From: a virus
Taxonomy: Duplodnaviria; Caudoviricetes
DNA length: 44,659 bases
IMG/VR virus record: IMGVR_UViG_3300030102_006518
Location: 1-44,659 of that record
Strand: one strand, 5' to 3'
This document shows, one piece after another, positions 26,618-37,462 of the stretch. How positions within the stretch are numbered: position 1 is the first letter of the stretch; each line of letters opens with the position of its first letter. Both the position numbers and the translations under genes were made by a program. The notes beneath the pieces are model-generated. The model was not told where the DNA came from, did not search any database, and saw nothing but the letters and a program-made list of their open reading frames with translations.

Positions 26618-28372
26618 TTATGCTGGACAAGTAAACGAAGAAACAACAAATCCTCTATCACCTGTGTTAATTAATGTTCTATTATCTTTTACCCATATTC
26701 GTTTATTAGAAACAGAAAGTATTCTATTACCCTCTATTTTAAATATTTGAGTACCAGAAAATCTACTCACTACGGTTTGGTCACCGAACGATGCTTGTGC
26801 TGTAGTTCCTAAAAATGCTCTACTAACTATTATTTCTTTAATATTAAGCTGAGTAGTAGTTATACCTATGAAAGTTCTAGTTACATTAAGTATATTAAGT
26901 ACTTGAACAGTCTCTTGATTACTACCTGAGGTTAAGGTTAAGAGTTCTCCTACTTCTAAAGTAGCTAAGTTTTGAGGTAACCCTCTTAATAAGAAAGAAT
27001 TATCGCTATTAGAAGAAATTATATTTTGAGCAGTATTACCTGCTGTTGAATTATAGAGTGCACTACTTGTTATAGTTCCTACTTCAGAACTTAAAACTCC
27101 TGGTAGCTCTCCAGAACCTATAAATAAATAATCTTCTAATTCACCTCGATCTGATAAGCTCTGACCACATATAAAAGATGAAGTTTCCTCTAACCTATAC
27201 TCTTTACCTTGAAACGTAGTAGCACTTAAAGCAGGATCTATACCCCCATAATCTGCTGAATCAGTTTTAGTACCGTTATATCTTGCATTGGTTAACCCTG
27301 TATCTGTATAGCTTGAATCTTGTACTAAAGCAGGTGCTGCATAGGGAACTTGATCATTAAAGTATTGACTTACGGTTAAAAAGTCTTCTAAAGCAAGTTC
27401 GTTACTAGTAAAAAAAGGCTTAAAAGTTATAGTTTGTCTTAAGCTGTTATTGAATGAAATAATTTCAGTTTCTTGTTTTACTCTTACAAATACATTACCA
27501 GATGTAAAACTACCTGAAGTTATAGATAATTGTAAAGGATCATAAGTAAAGTTCAAATCTCTATCAGTATAGGTTTGAGTTGCCAACGTATGAGTTGTTC
27601 TATGACCGTTAGCATTAGTAAAATTCGCATTATCATCTACCTGAATGATTAATGAAGAAGTAGCATGTAGTGTATATGCTGAATTATCGTATGCAGTTTC
27701 AGGAACGCTTATAACTGATTTTTGAGGAAAACCTAATACTCTTTCTAAATCGAATTGTAAAACTCTCAATTCTAAGTCTCTATTATTGAAAAAGCTTTGT
27801 ACAGAAGAAGTAAGTGCTCCTTGTATTGCATTATTAGTAGTATTATAATCGCTTTCTTCTATAAAAGGAGTTATACCTCCAGTAGCTAATTCATAGTTCA
27901 TAGTAAATACCTGTTCTCCAACTCCTGCAATTGCATTAAAGTTGTTAGGTCTTACTTGTCCGCTACTTCTATCAACATCAAATCTCAAGAAATTACTTTC
28001 AGGATTTTCAGCGTTAGATAATACTGCGTTATAGTTGTTGTAGAAGAAAGGTTCTGTTAGGTAAGGAGATATAGCAATGTTAGCGTTGCTACTAGCAGAT
28101 ACTGAATTAATAGTTTTATTATCTACATCTAAAAAGAAATATCCGCTTTTTTCGTTTATGTCTAAAATATCTAACGATACATTACCAGAACTGGTTAAAG
28201 GTAGAGTAATTTTACTTAATTCATTTAAAGATAAGGCAATGTTGTCCCCATCTATATCTGTATTAGATACATTGATAGCTTTAATTTGCTGTTGACCATT
28301 AATTTCTTTATGCAAAACTGTAATGGTTCCGCTTGCTGGGGCTGTGTTAGAAAATACTCCTTGTCCTGGCAT
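26618..28372 (-). CDS. Virion structural protein (tail/baseplate region)
   Basis: 584 aa, S/T/N-rich, located among tail genes. Confidence 0.6.
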   Translation of the reverse strand: MPGQGVFSNTAPASGTITVLHKEINGQQQIKAINVSNTDIDGDNIALSLNELSKITLPLTSSGNVSLDILDINEKSGYFFLDVDNKTINSVSASSNANIAISPYLTEPFFYNNYNAVLSNAENPESNFLRFDVDRSSGQVRPNNFNAIAGVGEQVFTMNYELATGGITPFIEESDYNTTNNAIQGALTSSVQSFFNNRDLELRVLQFDLERVLGFPQKSVISVPETAYDNSAYTLHATSSLIIQVDDNANFTNANGHRTTHTLATQTYTDRDLNFTYDPLQLSITSGSFTSGNVFVRVKQETEIISFNNSLRQTITFKPFFTSNELALEDFLTVSQYFNDQVPYAAPALVQDSSYTDTGLTNARYNGTKTDSADYGGIDPALSATTFQGKEYRLEETSSFICGQSLSDRGELEDYLFIGSGELPGVLSSEVGTITSSALYNSTAGNTAQNIISSNSDNSFLLRGLPQNLATLEVGELLTLTSGSNQETVQVLNILNVTRTFIGITTTQLNIKEIIVSRAFLGTTAQASFGDQTVVSRFSGTQIFKIEGNRILSVSNKRIWVKDNRTLINTGDRGFVVSSFTCPA

Positions 28373-28384
28373 CTTTTACTTTAT

Positions 28385-28392
28385 TATAAATA
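28385..28392 (-). promoter_or_regulatory. Putative late-type promoter TATTTATA
   Basis: ATATTTATAATAAA upstream of 28372. Confidence 0.6.
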
Positions 28393-28406
28393 TAGTTTTA
28401 GTATTT

Positions 28407-31400
28407 TTATTGAACATTTTGATTACCACCTTGATCTTGCATAAATTTAACATTATGAGATAAAATATCATTAGACACATAAGTAAATGCGTTTTCTACA
28501 GATATCTTTAATACTTCACCATCGCTATAGTCTTCGTACTTTATAAATTCATTTCCTGATAGTATATCTCCTTCTTCTAATAAATTAGCTGCAATATATT
28601 CATCTTTATTGTCTACATAAAATCTATGATTTGGTGAAACTACAATTTCTTTATCTCCTGCAAATACTTTTATTCTAGTGCTATGTAGAGATTTTTTTTC
28701 ATTAACTCTAGCATTAACCCATTCTAAAGAGGTCTCTTGTTGAGTTCTTATTTCATCTCCTACTGCTAATAAACCTGCTTTTTTAGTAGTTCCGTCTGCC
28801 ATTAATATCATAACATTAGGTGCGACACAACCTCCACCACCTCCACTTGATGTTGTTCCATTTTGAGTAATAACATGTGTATCTAATGTTGTACCTCCTG
28901 TCTTTAAAGTAAGTGTTACTGTTCTAGAGGACGTAGAACTATTTGATCCAAAATACAATTGGAAACTACCATTACCAGTACCTGAACCATTGGTTAAAGT
29001 AACCCAAGTTTGATTCTTATTTATATACCAGCTCAATGATTGAGGTGTTGTACTTACGCTAAGATATACAGAACCTGCTGCTGAGGATTTAGCTGTACCT
29101 CCATATATTTGACCTTGCTGTACGTTCATTACTAATGAATCTGTAACCTGATTTCCGGTATTACCTGCTACATCTACAGCCTGTGCAGTTACTGAAACTG
29201 TACCGTTAGGTAAGCCGTGAGCATTATAAGTTATTGCCTTAGTTGCAGTTGCTGTATGTGTGTTTAAGTTATTAAATGCTATAGTAGTAGAATAAGGATT
29301 ACCTCCTCCTGTACTTTGTAGAGTTAAATTTATAGTTCCTCTTTCATTATTAGGTACTCCAGAAACTTTAACAAACAAAGTACCCGTAGAGTTTGTAGTT
29401 TCTCCAATAGAGTATGTACTGTCAGTAAATTCTACACTACTTAAGTTAGGTACTGAAGTATCTAATAAGCTAGCGGTTAAAGTATTAGTATCTGTAGGTG
29501 TTACGTCTCCTTTATTAGTAGCAAATGAACCGGCATTATTATTAGCATCTTTTAAGAATACATCCAGTAGAACATTTGAACCGTCTGGTATAGAAGAAAC
29601 GTCTATAGTAGCTGATTGAGTAGTAGCATTTGTAATTGTTCCTGTGGCGTTAACTTTATTATTACCTATAGATGCTGTAGCGTGATATGATGCACCTAAT
29701 TCACCATCGTATATATAAAATGCTGCTGCTGTTTTATTAGTTGAGTTTATAACAGTTCCAGTACCAAGATTCCAAGTTGCTGTATATCCAGCTGGTGCAG
29801 TAGAGTCGAATTTGCTACAATCTGCTACTTCTAATACTTTTCCTTGATCAGCACCTTGGCCTGTTCCTCCTACCCTAATACTGTGTCCATTAGGCATTTT
29901 ATACCATTTAGCTGCTGCATTACCTCCAAATGTAGAGTTACCTGCAATATCGAGGTAAATGAAAGTTCCTACTGTATTAGGAAAAGATCCGGTATCGTCG
30001 TGATAGTATGTAGCAGTACTGTTATTAGTAGCACACGATGCAGTTCCATCGTTTGCTGCTGTAGGATCCATTTGAAATGCTGTATATATTGCATCTTCGC
30101 CTTCATCGATAAAGACTATATCGTAATTTAAACTTGGAACGTTTACTTGTTTAAATAAATTAGCTTGGTTGAGTTCTCCGTCAGTTATTTCTATATAACT
30201 ACCGCTCAATTCTCCTGTTAGTTTTGGAGACTCATCTTCAGTCCATTTAATTACAGAACCAGATTTAGTTCTAATATCTTCTTTGTATATCGTAGTTTTT
30301 TCTCCTGGTTTAACAGTATTTAAAGTTTTAGTATAGTTAACAAAGTAACTTAATACGTCTGTATCGGCTTCCATTGTAGCTGCTGCAATAATTACATCAT
30401 TAGCTAAAGGTGTAAAAGAAGATGATATATTACTTACATTATCTCTTACTACCCAGCTATTCTGTCCATGAGGACTATAATCTATAGGAACGATATGAGG
30501 ATGTGCTGCATTTAGATTACCTGAACCTCCTTGTCCATTATTAATTCCAAATCTATTAGCAGCTGATTCAGAAGTAAACATTAAATAAAAATCTAAGTCT
30601 GTTGAAGTTGTACCTTCGTATGGAGTATATACAGTTCCGAAAAAGTTATTGTCTGGAAATGTATAAACTGTACCGTCTGGATGATAAAATTCAGTACCTC
30701 TAACAACTATTTCTCCAGGGTTAGCTGTTGTAGGGTTTGAAAAATCTACTTGAAAAGTAAAGTTACTTATACCTCCTACTTTTTGAGGCCAGTAAGCCTC
30801 TATATCTTTTAGTTTTCTTAAATTCTTTTTACCTACTTGATAGCTTCCTCCGTCTGATCCTGTAACAAATGCTGTATCTATGCTTCCGGTATATTCAGGT
30901 TTCGTACCAGACATTTCAGGAGTTTTTGCTTTTGATCTATCTAATGCATGAGGTTTTATAATTATACCTGAATCAAGAGTTGAGGATGCAGGAACAAAAT
31001 CTTTTATCATCTTAAATAAAACATTATCAAAAAACTTTAATGATCTTACAAAATCATTTAATTGTACTCGATCAATGTTTATTAAAATACCTTCTGCAAA
31101 CTTGCTTAATTCATTATAAGAACCTTTATTAGAGTCTCTAGGATCTCCTATATAATCATCAATATCAAACGTAGATAAAAGACGAGTTTTAATATAATCG
31201 TTTATTAAATCAGCCGGTGAAAAACCAACTTCTAATCTATGAATATCTTTTATTCTATCGTTTTCTTTTTTCTGAATAGACTTAGTAGACGTTAGCACCT
31301 TACCAACAGACCCGCTTGCTCTAGTTTCTACTCTTATTTTTTCTACTGAAGATTTTTCTTCAGCAAAGCCAAGAAATTTAGATTTACCTATTATATCTCC

Positions 31401-33098
31401 TCCGTACTGTTTAACAGTTAGAAAACTAGAAGGAATTCCAAAACAGTTTATTAATGCTCTTAAACCTCTTTCAGTTCCTTTGGTTTTAAGTAAATAAGGT
31501 AAGTTATGATATATTCTCTTATAAACTTCTCCTTCATAATCTTTCCTAGAAATAGGTTGAGCATCCGAAGGTATTCCGGGAACCTGTAAAAAAGTATTTA
31601 CTACTTCTTCTGAGCTTCCACTGTCGTAAGTATCAGCTATTAAGTAATTGAATAAGTCGTTAGAACCTTCTGCAGAGTTGTATAATTTAGTACCAAAGCT
31701 TTTAAGTACGTCTCTAACTAAATCTTTAGATATACCAACATTAAGTCTATTGTCGTTATCATACTTATCAGTAACAGCTCTGGAGTATATCCACAAGTTA
31801 TCAAAGTGTTGACCTATCATATGAACAAATAAGATAGCACTGTTATTCTTTGTGTCTTCTGCTATATAAGAAGGTATAGCATTAGTTAATACATCATAGT
31901 TAGAAGTATCGTAGTTAGACGCAGAGGTTAGTTGATTTGCATACCAGCTTATACCTTCAGATGATGTAGTGTGTAAATTTATATGAGGCTTAACAGTTGT
32001 AGACTTAGGCCATGCGTTAGATCCGCTTTCATAATAAAGGTATCTTTCATAATGATCAAAATTATCTATTACTCCTTTTATTAATCTATCGTATCTAGCT
32101 TCGCTACCAGAAGCTTGAGAAGTATTACTAAGTTGATCTTTGCTTCCTTGATAAGTTTGTATAAGTTGAACCTTATATTTAAAGTTTTTAAGTCTTTCTT
32201 GAGCAGATGAAAAATTTATAAAGTTAGAATAGTCAGAGTAATCTATGTTTATATCAACACTTTTTTCACTTAAATAACTAAATATTTCTCTATTAGAATT
32301 TAAATTAGCATAACTAAAAAGTTCATCGTAATTAAAATACTCTGTAGGAGAGGAATCGTCTGTATCTAGTTCTATATTAAAGTTAGCAGCTTTTAACGTT
32401 GGATAAACTATAGGATCTTCTTCAATATCGACTTCTATTTCAACTACTACTGAGTCGCTTATTTTTTCAACTAACTGTACTTGATTTTTTACTAAGATAT
32501 TATCAGGAAGCTCTTCGTAAAGTTTTAATGCTACAGTATACTTGTCGTCAAGTTCGTATACATCTACATTAGTTACTATAAAAAGATCATTATTTCCGCA
32601 GTTTAACCAATACTCTTCAAAGTAAGTTTGGGAAGAAATATTTTCTTTTATCTCTTCAGTCTTATTAATTAACCTGTTAATATCTAATTTTTCAGTATAT
32701 AGTAAAACTTCTTTTCTATCTTGAGAGATAGAGTGAATATAAAACTCTTGTTTATTATTATCAAAAGTATATAAATCATTTAAAAAATGAAAAACTATCT
32801 TATGGTCTACTCCTACAAAGCCATTCTCAGCTGCAATTTCTTCAGGCTGTAAAGTAAAATTAGTTATAGCACCTTCAGCATCAGTTTCAACATTTGAAGA
32901 AATATTATAATCGTATAACGAAAATATTTTTTCATTATTCACAGAATAAAAATGTGTTTCTATGTAATGCTGTGAGGGATCGTAATTTTTATTAATTTGA
33001 TAGTTATCTATTAGACGTAAGTCTGCGGAAGAATAATTTTCATTATCTTCTATAGAATCAAAATCTCTATCTATTAATGTATATGTTATATTTGCCAT
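28407..33098 (-). CDS. Large baseplate wedge-type protein with Ig-like and BACON domains and a C-terminal Hint domain
   Basis: LLKTKGTERGLRALINCFG (P2 gpI/T4 gp7-like motif); DVAGN Ig-like strands; SW...WVTL...SGTG..N.....R...T.TQ BACON; GGGGG|CVAP...ILSHN|V. Confidence 0.75.
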   Translation of the reverse strand: MANITYTLIDRDFDSIEDNENYSSADLRLIDNYQINKNYDPSQHYIETHFYSVNNEKIFSLYDYNISSNVETDAEGAITNFTLQPEEIAAENGFVGVDHKIVFHFLNDLYTFDNNKQEFYIHSISQDRKEVLLYTEKLDINRLINKTEEIKENISSQTYFEEYWLNCGNNDLFIVTNVDVYELDDKYTVALKLYEELPDNILVKNQVQLVEKISDSVVVEIEVDIEEDPIVYPTLKAANFNIELDTDDSSPTEYFNYDELFSYANLNSNREIFSYLSEKSVDINIDYSDYSNFINFSSAQERLKNFKYKVQLIQTYQGSKDQLSNTSQASGSEARYDRLIKGVIDNFDHYERYLYYESGSNAWPKSTTVKPHINLHTTSSEGISWYANQLTSASNYDTSNYDVLTNAIPSYIAEDTKNNSAILFVHMIGQHFDNLWIYSRAVTDKYDNDNRLNVGISKDLVRDVLKSFGTKLYNSAEGSNDLFNYLIADTYDSGSSEEVVNTFLQVPGIPSDAQPISRKDYEGEVYKRIYHNLPYLLKTKGTERGLRALINCFGIPSSFLTVKQYGGDIIGKSKFLGFAEEKSSVEKIRVETRASGSVGKVLTSTKSIQKKENDRIKDIHRLEVGFSPADLINDYIKTRLLSTFDIDDYIGDPRDSNKGSYNELSKFAEGILINIDRVQLNDFVRSLKFFDNVLFKMIKDFVPASSTLDSGIIIKPHALDRSKAKTPEMSGTKPEYTGSIDTAFVTGSDGGSYQVGKKNLRKLKDIEAYWPQKVGGISNFTFQVDFSNPTTANPGEIVVRGTEFYHPDGTVYTFPDNNFFGTVYTPYEGTTSTDLDFYLMFTSESAANRFGINNGQGGSGNLNAAHPHIVPIDYSPHGQNSWVVRDNVSNISSSFTPLANDVIIAAATMEADTDVLSYFVNYTKTLNTVKPGEKTTIYKEDIRTKSGSVIKWTEDESPKLTGELSGSYIEITDGELNQANLFKQVNVPSLNYDIVFIDEGEDAIYTAFQMDPTAANDGTASCATNNSTATYYHDDTGSFPNTVGTFIYLDIAGNSTFGGNAAAKWYKMPNGHSIRVGGTGQGADQGKVLEVADCSKFDSTAPAGYTATWNLGTGTVINSTNKTAAAFYIYDGELGASYHATASIGNNKVNATGTITNATTQSATIDVSSIPDGSNVLLDVFLKDANNNAGSFATNKGDVTPTDTNTLTASLLDTSVPNLSSVEFTDSTYSIGETTNSTGTLFVKVSGVPNNERGTINLTLQSTGGGNPYSTTIAFNNLNTHTATATKAITYNAHGLPNGTVSVTAQAVDVAGNTGNQVTDSLVMNVQQGQIYGGTAKSSAAGSVYLSVSTTPQSLSWYINKNQTWVTLTNGSGTGNGSFQLYFGSNSSTSSRTVTLTLKTGGTTLDTHVITQNGTTSSGGGGGCVAPNVMILMADGTTKKAGLLAVGDEIRTQQETSLEWVNARVNEKKSLHSTRIKVFAGDKEIVVSPNHRFYVDNKDEYIAANLLEEGDILSGNEFIKYEDYSDGEVLKISVENAFTYVSNDILSHNVKFMQDQGGNQNVQ
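28452..28829 (-). other. Hint domain 3 (126 aa, Cys1...His-Asn, Val+1)
   Basis: CVAPNVMILMADG...LAVGDEI...VSPNHRF...TYVSNDILSHN. Confidence 0.85.
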
Positions 33099-33101
33099 TT
33101 A

Positions 33102-34136
33102 CTAACCTGTAAAATTATATCCTAAATCATCTTCTCTTTCAGGATCTTTATATGTAATTATTCTTGTTCTAACTTTTAAATTACCAAAAGAATCAATTGC
33201 GTCTTTAATTTCATTTGCTTTAAATCCACCTTGTTTAAGTTCGTCTACTAAAAAGTCTACAGTCATATCTCCTGCTTGATTTTTATTTTTAGCTATTAAA
33301 AAGTTCTTTTTAGCATTTTTACCGAATCTATAGCCTCTTCTTCTTCTAACTGAAGGATACTCTCTTTCATCTGAATCCTCTGCAAATAACCACCAGTATC
33401 TAGCTGCGTATGCATTATTGAAGTTATTATAAAAGCTGCCATTAAATCTAGCTCTATGTATTAATCTAGCCCATTCTCTTCTAGGTTTTTTCAAGAATCT
33501 TCTAGCATGATATAAAGTAGTATTTTTCTTATTCATCATGTCTTTGATTTCTTTAACCGCTGCTGTAGTATTTGCTGATGATGCTGCAGCAGCTGCTTTA
33601 GCTTGATTTTCTGCTGAGGTCTTGGCTGCTTCTTCTGCTTTTTTAGCTGCTTCTTCTGCTGCTTTAGAAGCCATTTCAGTTGCTCTATTAGCAAGTGAGT
33701 TAGCGTTTTCTAATGTAGCAATAGTAGCATTGGCAGTTTCTAGTTGAGTTCTTAGCAATTGCATTTGTTCAGCATCTGCAAAATTCAATTCTCCACCGTT
33801 AGCTAATTGAGTTTCTAATTCCAGTATTTGTCTATTTTGTTCTAGTATTTGATTTCTTAAAGAAGCTACTTCATCTAATAAAGGTTGTATACTTTCTAAC
33901 TGAGCATCAATTTTATATAGCTCTGAACTTCTTTCTACTAAATATTGATGAGAATTATCTACTCCTTCTATAGGTATAGTAATATACAATTTATCGTATA
34001 GTCTAAAAAGTTCTTCGACAGTATCAGGATCAACAACAGGGTCAGGTTCTTTAAAGAATTTAAACCTATTGTCGATAGTGCTGATATACTCTTTCCTATC
34101 GAAGACTGTCTTTTTTATTTCTACGTTTTTAGCCAT
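33102..34136 (-). CDS. Coiled-coil structural protein
   Basis: Heptad and Ala/Glu/Lys-rich central region; basic aromatic C-terminus. Confidence 0.6.
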   Translation of the reverse strand: MAKNVEIKKTVFDRKEYISTIDNRFKFFKEPDPVVDPDTVEELFRLYDKLYITIPIEGVDNSHQYLVERSSELYKIDAQLESIQPLLDEVASLRNQILEQNRQILELETQLANGGELNFADAEQMQLLRTQLETANATIATLENANSLANRATEMASKAAEEAAKKAEEAAKTSAENQAKAAAAASSANTTAAVKEIKDMMNKKNTTLYHARRFLKKPRREWARLIHRARFNGSFYNNFNNAYAARYWWLFAEDSDEREYPSVRRRRGYRFGKNAKKNFLIAKNKNQAGDMTVDFLVDELKQGGFKANEIKDAIDSFGNLKVRTRIITYKDPEREDDLGYNFTG

Positions 34137-35247
34137 TTCTAACTATCTTAAAAACTTCATTAGTATCTGCAATAATAGTAGATCCGTCAACTTCAGTTTT
34201 AACTAACAACCTATAATATCTTTCAGGTTGTAATCCATCCATAAACATATCAAAATACATACTAGTTGCATCGTGATTAATATAAGTACCGGTACTAAAG
34301 TCTATGCACATTTCTTCGGTGTTTTCGTCTTTTAACCCCCAGAAAGAACCAGTAGGTAATACATGATTATTAATGTACGCTGATGAAGTAGTAAACGTTC
34401 TTGTAGGGTATTTAGGTCTACAGTGTAATCTAAATCTTTGCTTATCTCCTGTAAAGTTAATATCGTTATTAGTAGTATACTCTCCTTTATTGTTTCTAAC
34501 TGATAATATAAATTCTGAATCAGTAATTGAAGGTAACGAACCAGTAAATATACCAGCCGCTGTTGATTGTATTTCAATATGTGGTGGATATATAGTGTTT
34601 GTATCAGCACTAAAGTACTTTAATCTTACTGAAGAAGAAGCATTAAATTCGTATTGATCTTCTAGTTTAAGAACAAAACCATAATCTCCTAAACTTCCGC
34701 TTCTATAGTCACTACCGAATAAGTCGGTTACTACCATATCTAAATCTAGATCTGAGTTTTGATTAAAGGATTGAGAAGCAGAAGATGTATACCATACACC
34801 GCCTCCTTTTAGATCATCTTCGAAAGACGCAGTAACACCGGTAGCATAACTTGCTGTCATCCATTGGTCTTGTGATCCAGCTTTTCTATAAAGCCAGCTA
34901 CAACCTGTAAGATTAGAAGGTTGATCTCCAAATTTTCCAGTACCAGGATCCCAAGATTGAGATAAAGGGTGTAGGTTTAAATTAAACGAATAAGGTAATT
35001 CGTTAGCAGTAGCTAAACTACCTTTAAGTCTAACAGTATAGTTTTCGCTATTACTAGAAGCAGATATAGCTGCTATAGCTTGCTCTACTTCTGTTCTGTT
35101 AAATTTTATAAACGTACGTAACGTTTCACCTCCACCAGAGGTTTTATACCCTCCTACCTCTAACATTTCATCTTTACCATGATTAGATAAAGATTTCTCT
35201 GTGGATATGAAAGTATCTTCTATCGGAAATATTTTTATTACTGCCAT
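34129..35247 (-). CDS. Structural protein with DNRLRE-like N-terminal domain
   Basis: EDTFI...NHG...LEVG...RTFIKFN...W..GT...SW pattern. Confidence 0.55.
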   Translation of the reverse strand: MAVIKIFPIEDTFISTEKSLSNHGKDEMLEVGGYKTSGGGETLRTFIKFNRTEVEQAIAAISASSNSENYTVRLKGSLATANELPYSFNLNLHPLSQSWDPGTGKFGDQPSNLTGCSWLYRKAGSQDQWMTASYATGVTASFEDDLKGGGVWYTSSASQSFNQNSDLDLDMVVTDLFGSDYRSGSLGDYGFVLKLEDQYEFNASSSVRLKYFSADTNTIYPPHIEIQSTAAGIFTGSLPSITDSEFILSVRNNKGEYTTNNDINFTGDKQRFRLHCRPKYPTRTFTTSSAYINNHVLPTGSFWGLKDENTEEMCIDFSTGTYINHDATSMYFDMFMDGLQPERYYRLLVKTEVDGSTIIADTNEVFKIVRNG

Positions 35248-35248
35248 C

Positions 35249-37051
35249 TTATAATGTTGTTACTCTTCCTTGTATATCGTTATTAGGAAACTTGACTTCA
35301 AATATCATCGGATCTAAAGAAGGATATACTATATTATTTTTTGTTGCACCTTTAATATCATAACTAAAAGTAGAGTAGTTACCTGCTACTTTAGGTTCTA
35401 TCATTACATTTTGTACTGTTTGTACTCCTTTTACTCTATCTAGTAAAGTATATATAGTTGAGAGATTTATAGGTTGATTAATAGACCATTTATCAATATT
35501 AAAATGCTCTTTTAATACTTCAGTACACTTTAGTATAACTTCTCTAGAGTTATAACTAGGTAGCGTTATAATTTCAAATTTAACTCCTATATTAATAACA
35601 AAAGCATCTTTAATCGTACAACCGTCAGTTAACGATTTAAATTGACTTAAGTATACTTTTAAGTTGTTTTTCAATTCTTCTTTAGATTGAATCAGTTTTT
35701 TATTTATATCGTATGCTAATACGTAAAGACAGACTCCTAGAGGATTATAGACTTGTGCGTCTGATGTTGGTATGTCAGCGTCAGTAGTTACAAATGCTTT
35801 AGCAATAGCTCCTAGAGTAGTTGGTAGTGTCATAGCTCTAAATGCGTAATCTTGTTTAGTTACTATTCTACCTTGTTCGTTAAAAGCTCTTAAAGAGTTT
35901 TGCCTAATTTCTTCTACAGTATCTCCGTCTTTACCTCCCTGTGCTGCTGCTGGATTAGTAAAGTCTAATGTATTCAGGAAAGCATTATCGGTAACTGAGG
36001 TAATTATAGCTTCTTGATTAACTAGTGTGTTAGAGTTGATATTAGAAGATACTCCTCCTCCTTTTATATATCTTACAGTTAAAGTTGTATTAGAAGGTGC
36101 ATTACCGTAAGCAGAACTAAACAAAAAGTTAGATGGGTCATAAGCATAATCTGTTCTTCTAATACCTTGATTAGTTCCTCCACCTACCTTTGTAGGATCA
36201 GGTAAAAAGGTATCATCATTAGAAGATGACATTCCTGCACCAAACTGAATAAGAAGTTGTCCAGTAGAATTAAACCTTGTTACAAACCTATTTGTAGCTG
36301 TGGTTGCAGATAATAAGTATGGTACTTCTCCTGCGTTATTACCTGTGTTGATAGCTTCAGTAAAAACTACATCTTGACCTAAGTAAGGTACTTCTGTGTA
36401 TTTATTTCCATCTCCATCAGTAATATCTAAGATTCCTATAATTTTACTATCATCAATAGTAAGAGTTAAAAATTTACTAGCACTACCAACGGTAAACTGT
36501 TGAGATACTATTTCTCCAGAATGAGCTTTTACTGTTTTTTCTAATTCATATTCAGTAGGATTTCCACTACCGTCTATACTGTATATAGTAACTAGAGTAG
36601 GATCGTATGAACTTGAAAAAGAAAAATCAACTTTATTATCAAGTATAAACTTTTCATTACCGGAAGCTAGCACTCCGTTTTCAGCTACGGTTATAGCTTG
36701 ATTGTAGTTAGGTTCATAATTAGAACCAGAAGCTGCAACTCTTTGAGTTACTTTAACTTCTACGTTTGATGCTGTAGTAACTCTAGGTTTATATCCCATC
36801 ATATAAGCCATAGCATATAAATTACCAGGATCTTGTGCGTACTGTAGGAATGTTTCTTGTAGTTGGGAGTCTTGATAAAAAGATAAAATATCTCCTACAT
36901 AAGCAGACATTTCAACAAACATCATACCAGGTGAGGTAGGTGAAAAATCGTTATATGAATCAGGAAAATAGTTTTTAGCTAACTCTACTAACTGTCCTCT
37001 CAAACTAGAGAAGTCTTTATCTGTATATTGTATTTTAATATCTTGAGCCAT
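35249..37051 (-). CDS. Baseplate wedge protein (T4 gp6 / baseplate J-like)
   Basis: YTDKDF..LR..L...YFP....DF...SPG, IQFG.G, AQGGKD.DT.EEIR, RIVTKQDY motifs. Confidence 0.85.
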   Translation of the reverse strand: MAQDIKIQYTDKDFSSLRGQLVELAKNYFPDSYNDFSPTSPGMMFVEMSAYVGDILSFYQDSQLQETFLQYAQDPGNLYAMAYMMGYKPRVTTASNVEVKVTQRVAASGSNYEPNYNQAITVAENGVLASGNEKFILDNKVDFSFSSSYDPTLVTIYSIDGSGNPTEYELEKTVKAHSGEIVSQQFTVGSASKFLTLTIDDSKIIGILDITDGDGNKYTEVPYLGQDVVFTEAINTGNNAGEVPYLLSATTATNRFVTRFNSTGQLLIQFGAGMSSSNDDTFLPDPTKVGGGTNQGIRRTDYAYDPSNFLFSSAYGNAPSNTTLTVRYIKGGGVSSNINSNTLVNQEAIITSVTDNAFLNTLDFTNPAAAQGGKDGDTVEEIRQNSLRAFNEQGRIVTKQDYAFRAMTLPTTLGAIAKAFVTTDADIPTSDAQVYNPLGVCLYVLAYDINKKLIQSKEELKNNLKVYLSQFKSLTDGCTIKDAFVINIGVKFEIITLPSYNSREVILKCTEVLKEHFNIDKWSINQPINLSTIYTLLDRVKGVQTVQNVMIEPKVAGNYSTFSYDIKGATKNNIVYPSLDPMIFEVKFPNNDIQGRVTTL

Positions 37052-37461
37052 TATTGTTCAAAATTTATAGTTATTTCGTCTTCTACTTGTGTATCGACTA
37101 GTCTAAAGTTTAATGAAAAACTAATCAAGTTAGAATCTGCTTCACCTACTAAGTTAAGGTTTAATATTTCTAATTTAGGAAAATATCGAGCTAAAGCATC
37201 TCTAATTAAAAACTCTAGATCTGTTAGATTATCTCTGTTTATATTTTCAAAAATTAAATTTCTTATACCAGAACCAAAGGTAGGGTTAAAATACCTCTCT
37301 CCTTTACCAGTTAGTATGTAGTTGATAAGATTAGCTTTTATAGCTTCCTTCGTTTCAAACGTTGAATTAAATACACCCTTACCGTTAAAAGGTAAATCTA
37401 TACCTACAGCTTTTCTAGGCTGTAAGTCTATAGGGTTTATTTTTTTCGCTTCAAACGCCAT
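37051..37461 (-). CDS. Baseplate gp25/gpW-like protein
   Basis: IKANL...LT.KGERYFNPTFGS.I..LIFE. Confidence 0.9.
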   Translation of the reverse strand: MAFEAKKINPIDLQPRKAVGIDLPFNGKGVFNSTFETKEAIKANLINYILTGKGERYFNPTFGSGIRNLIFENINRDNLTDLEFLIRDALARYFPKLEILNLNLVGEADSNLISFSLNFRLVDTQVEDEITINFEQ

Positions 37462-37462
37462 T

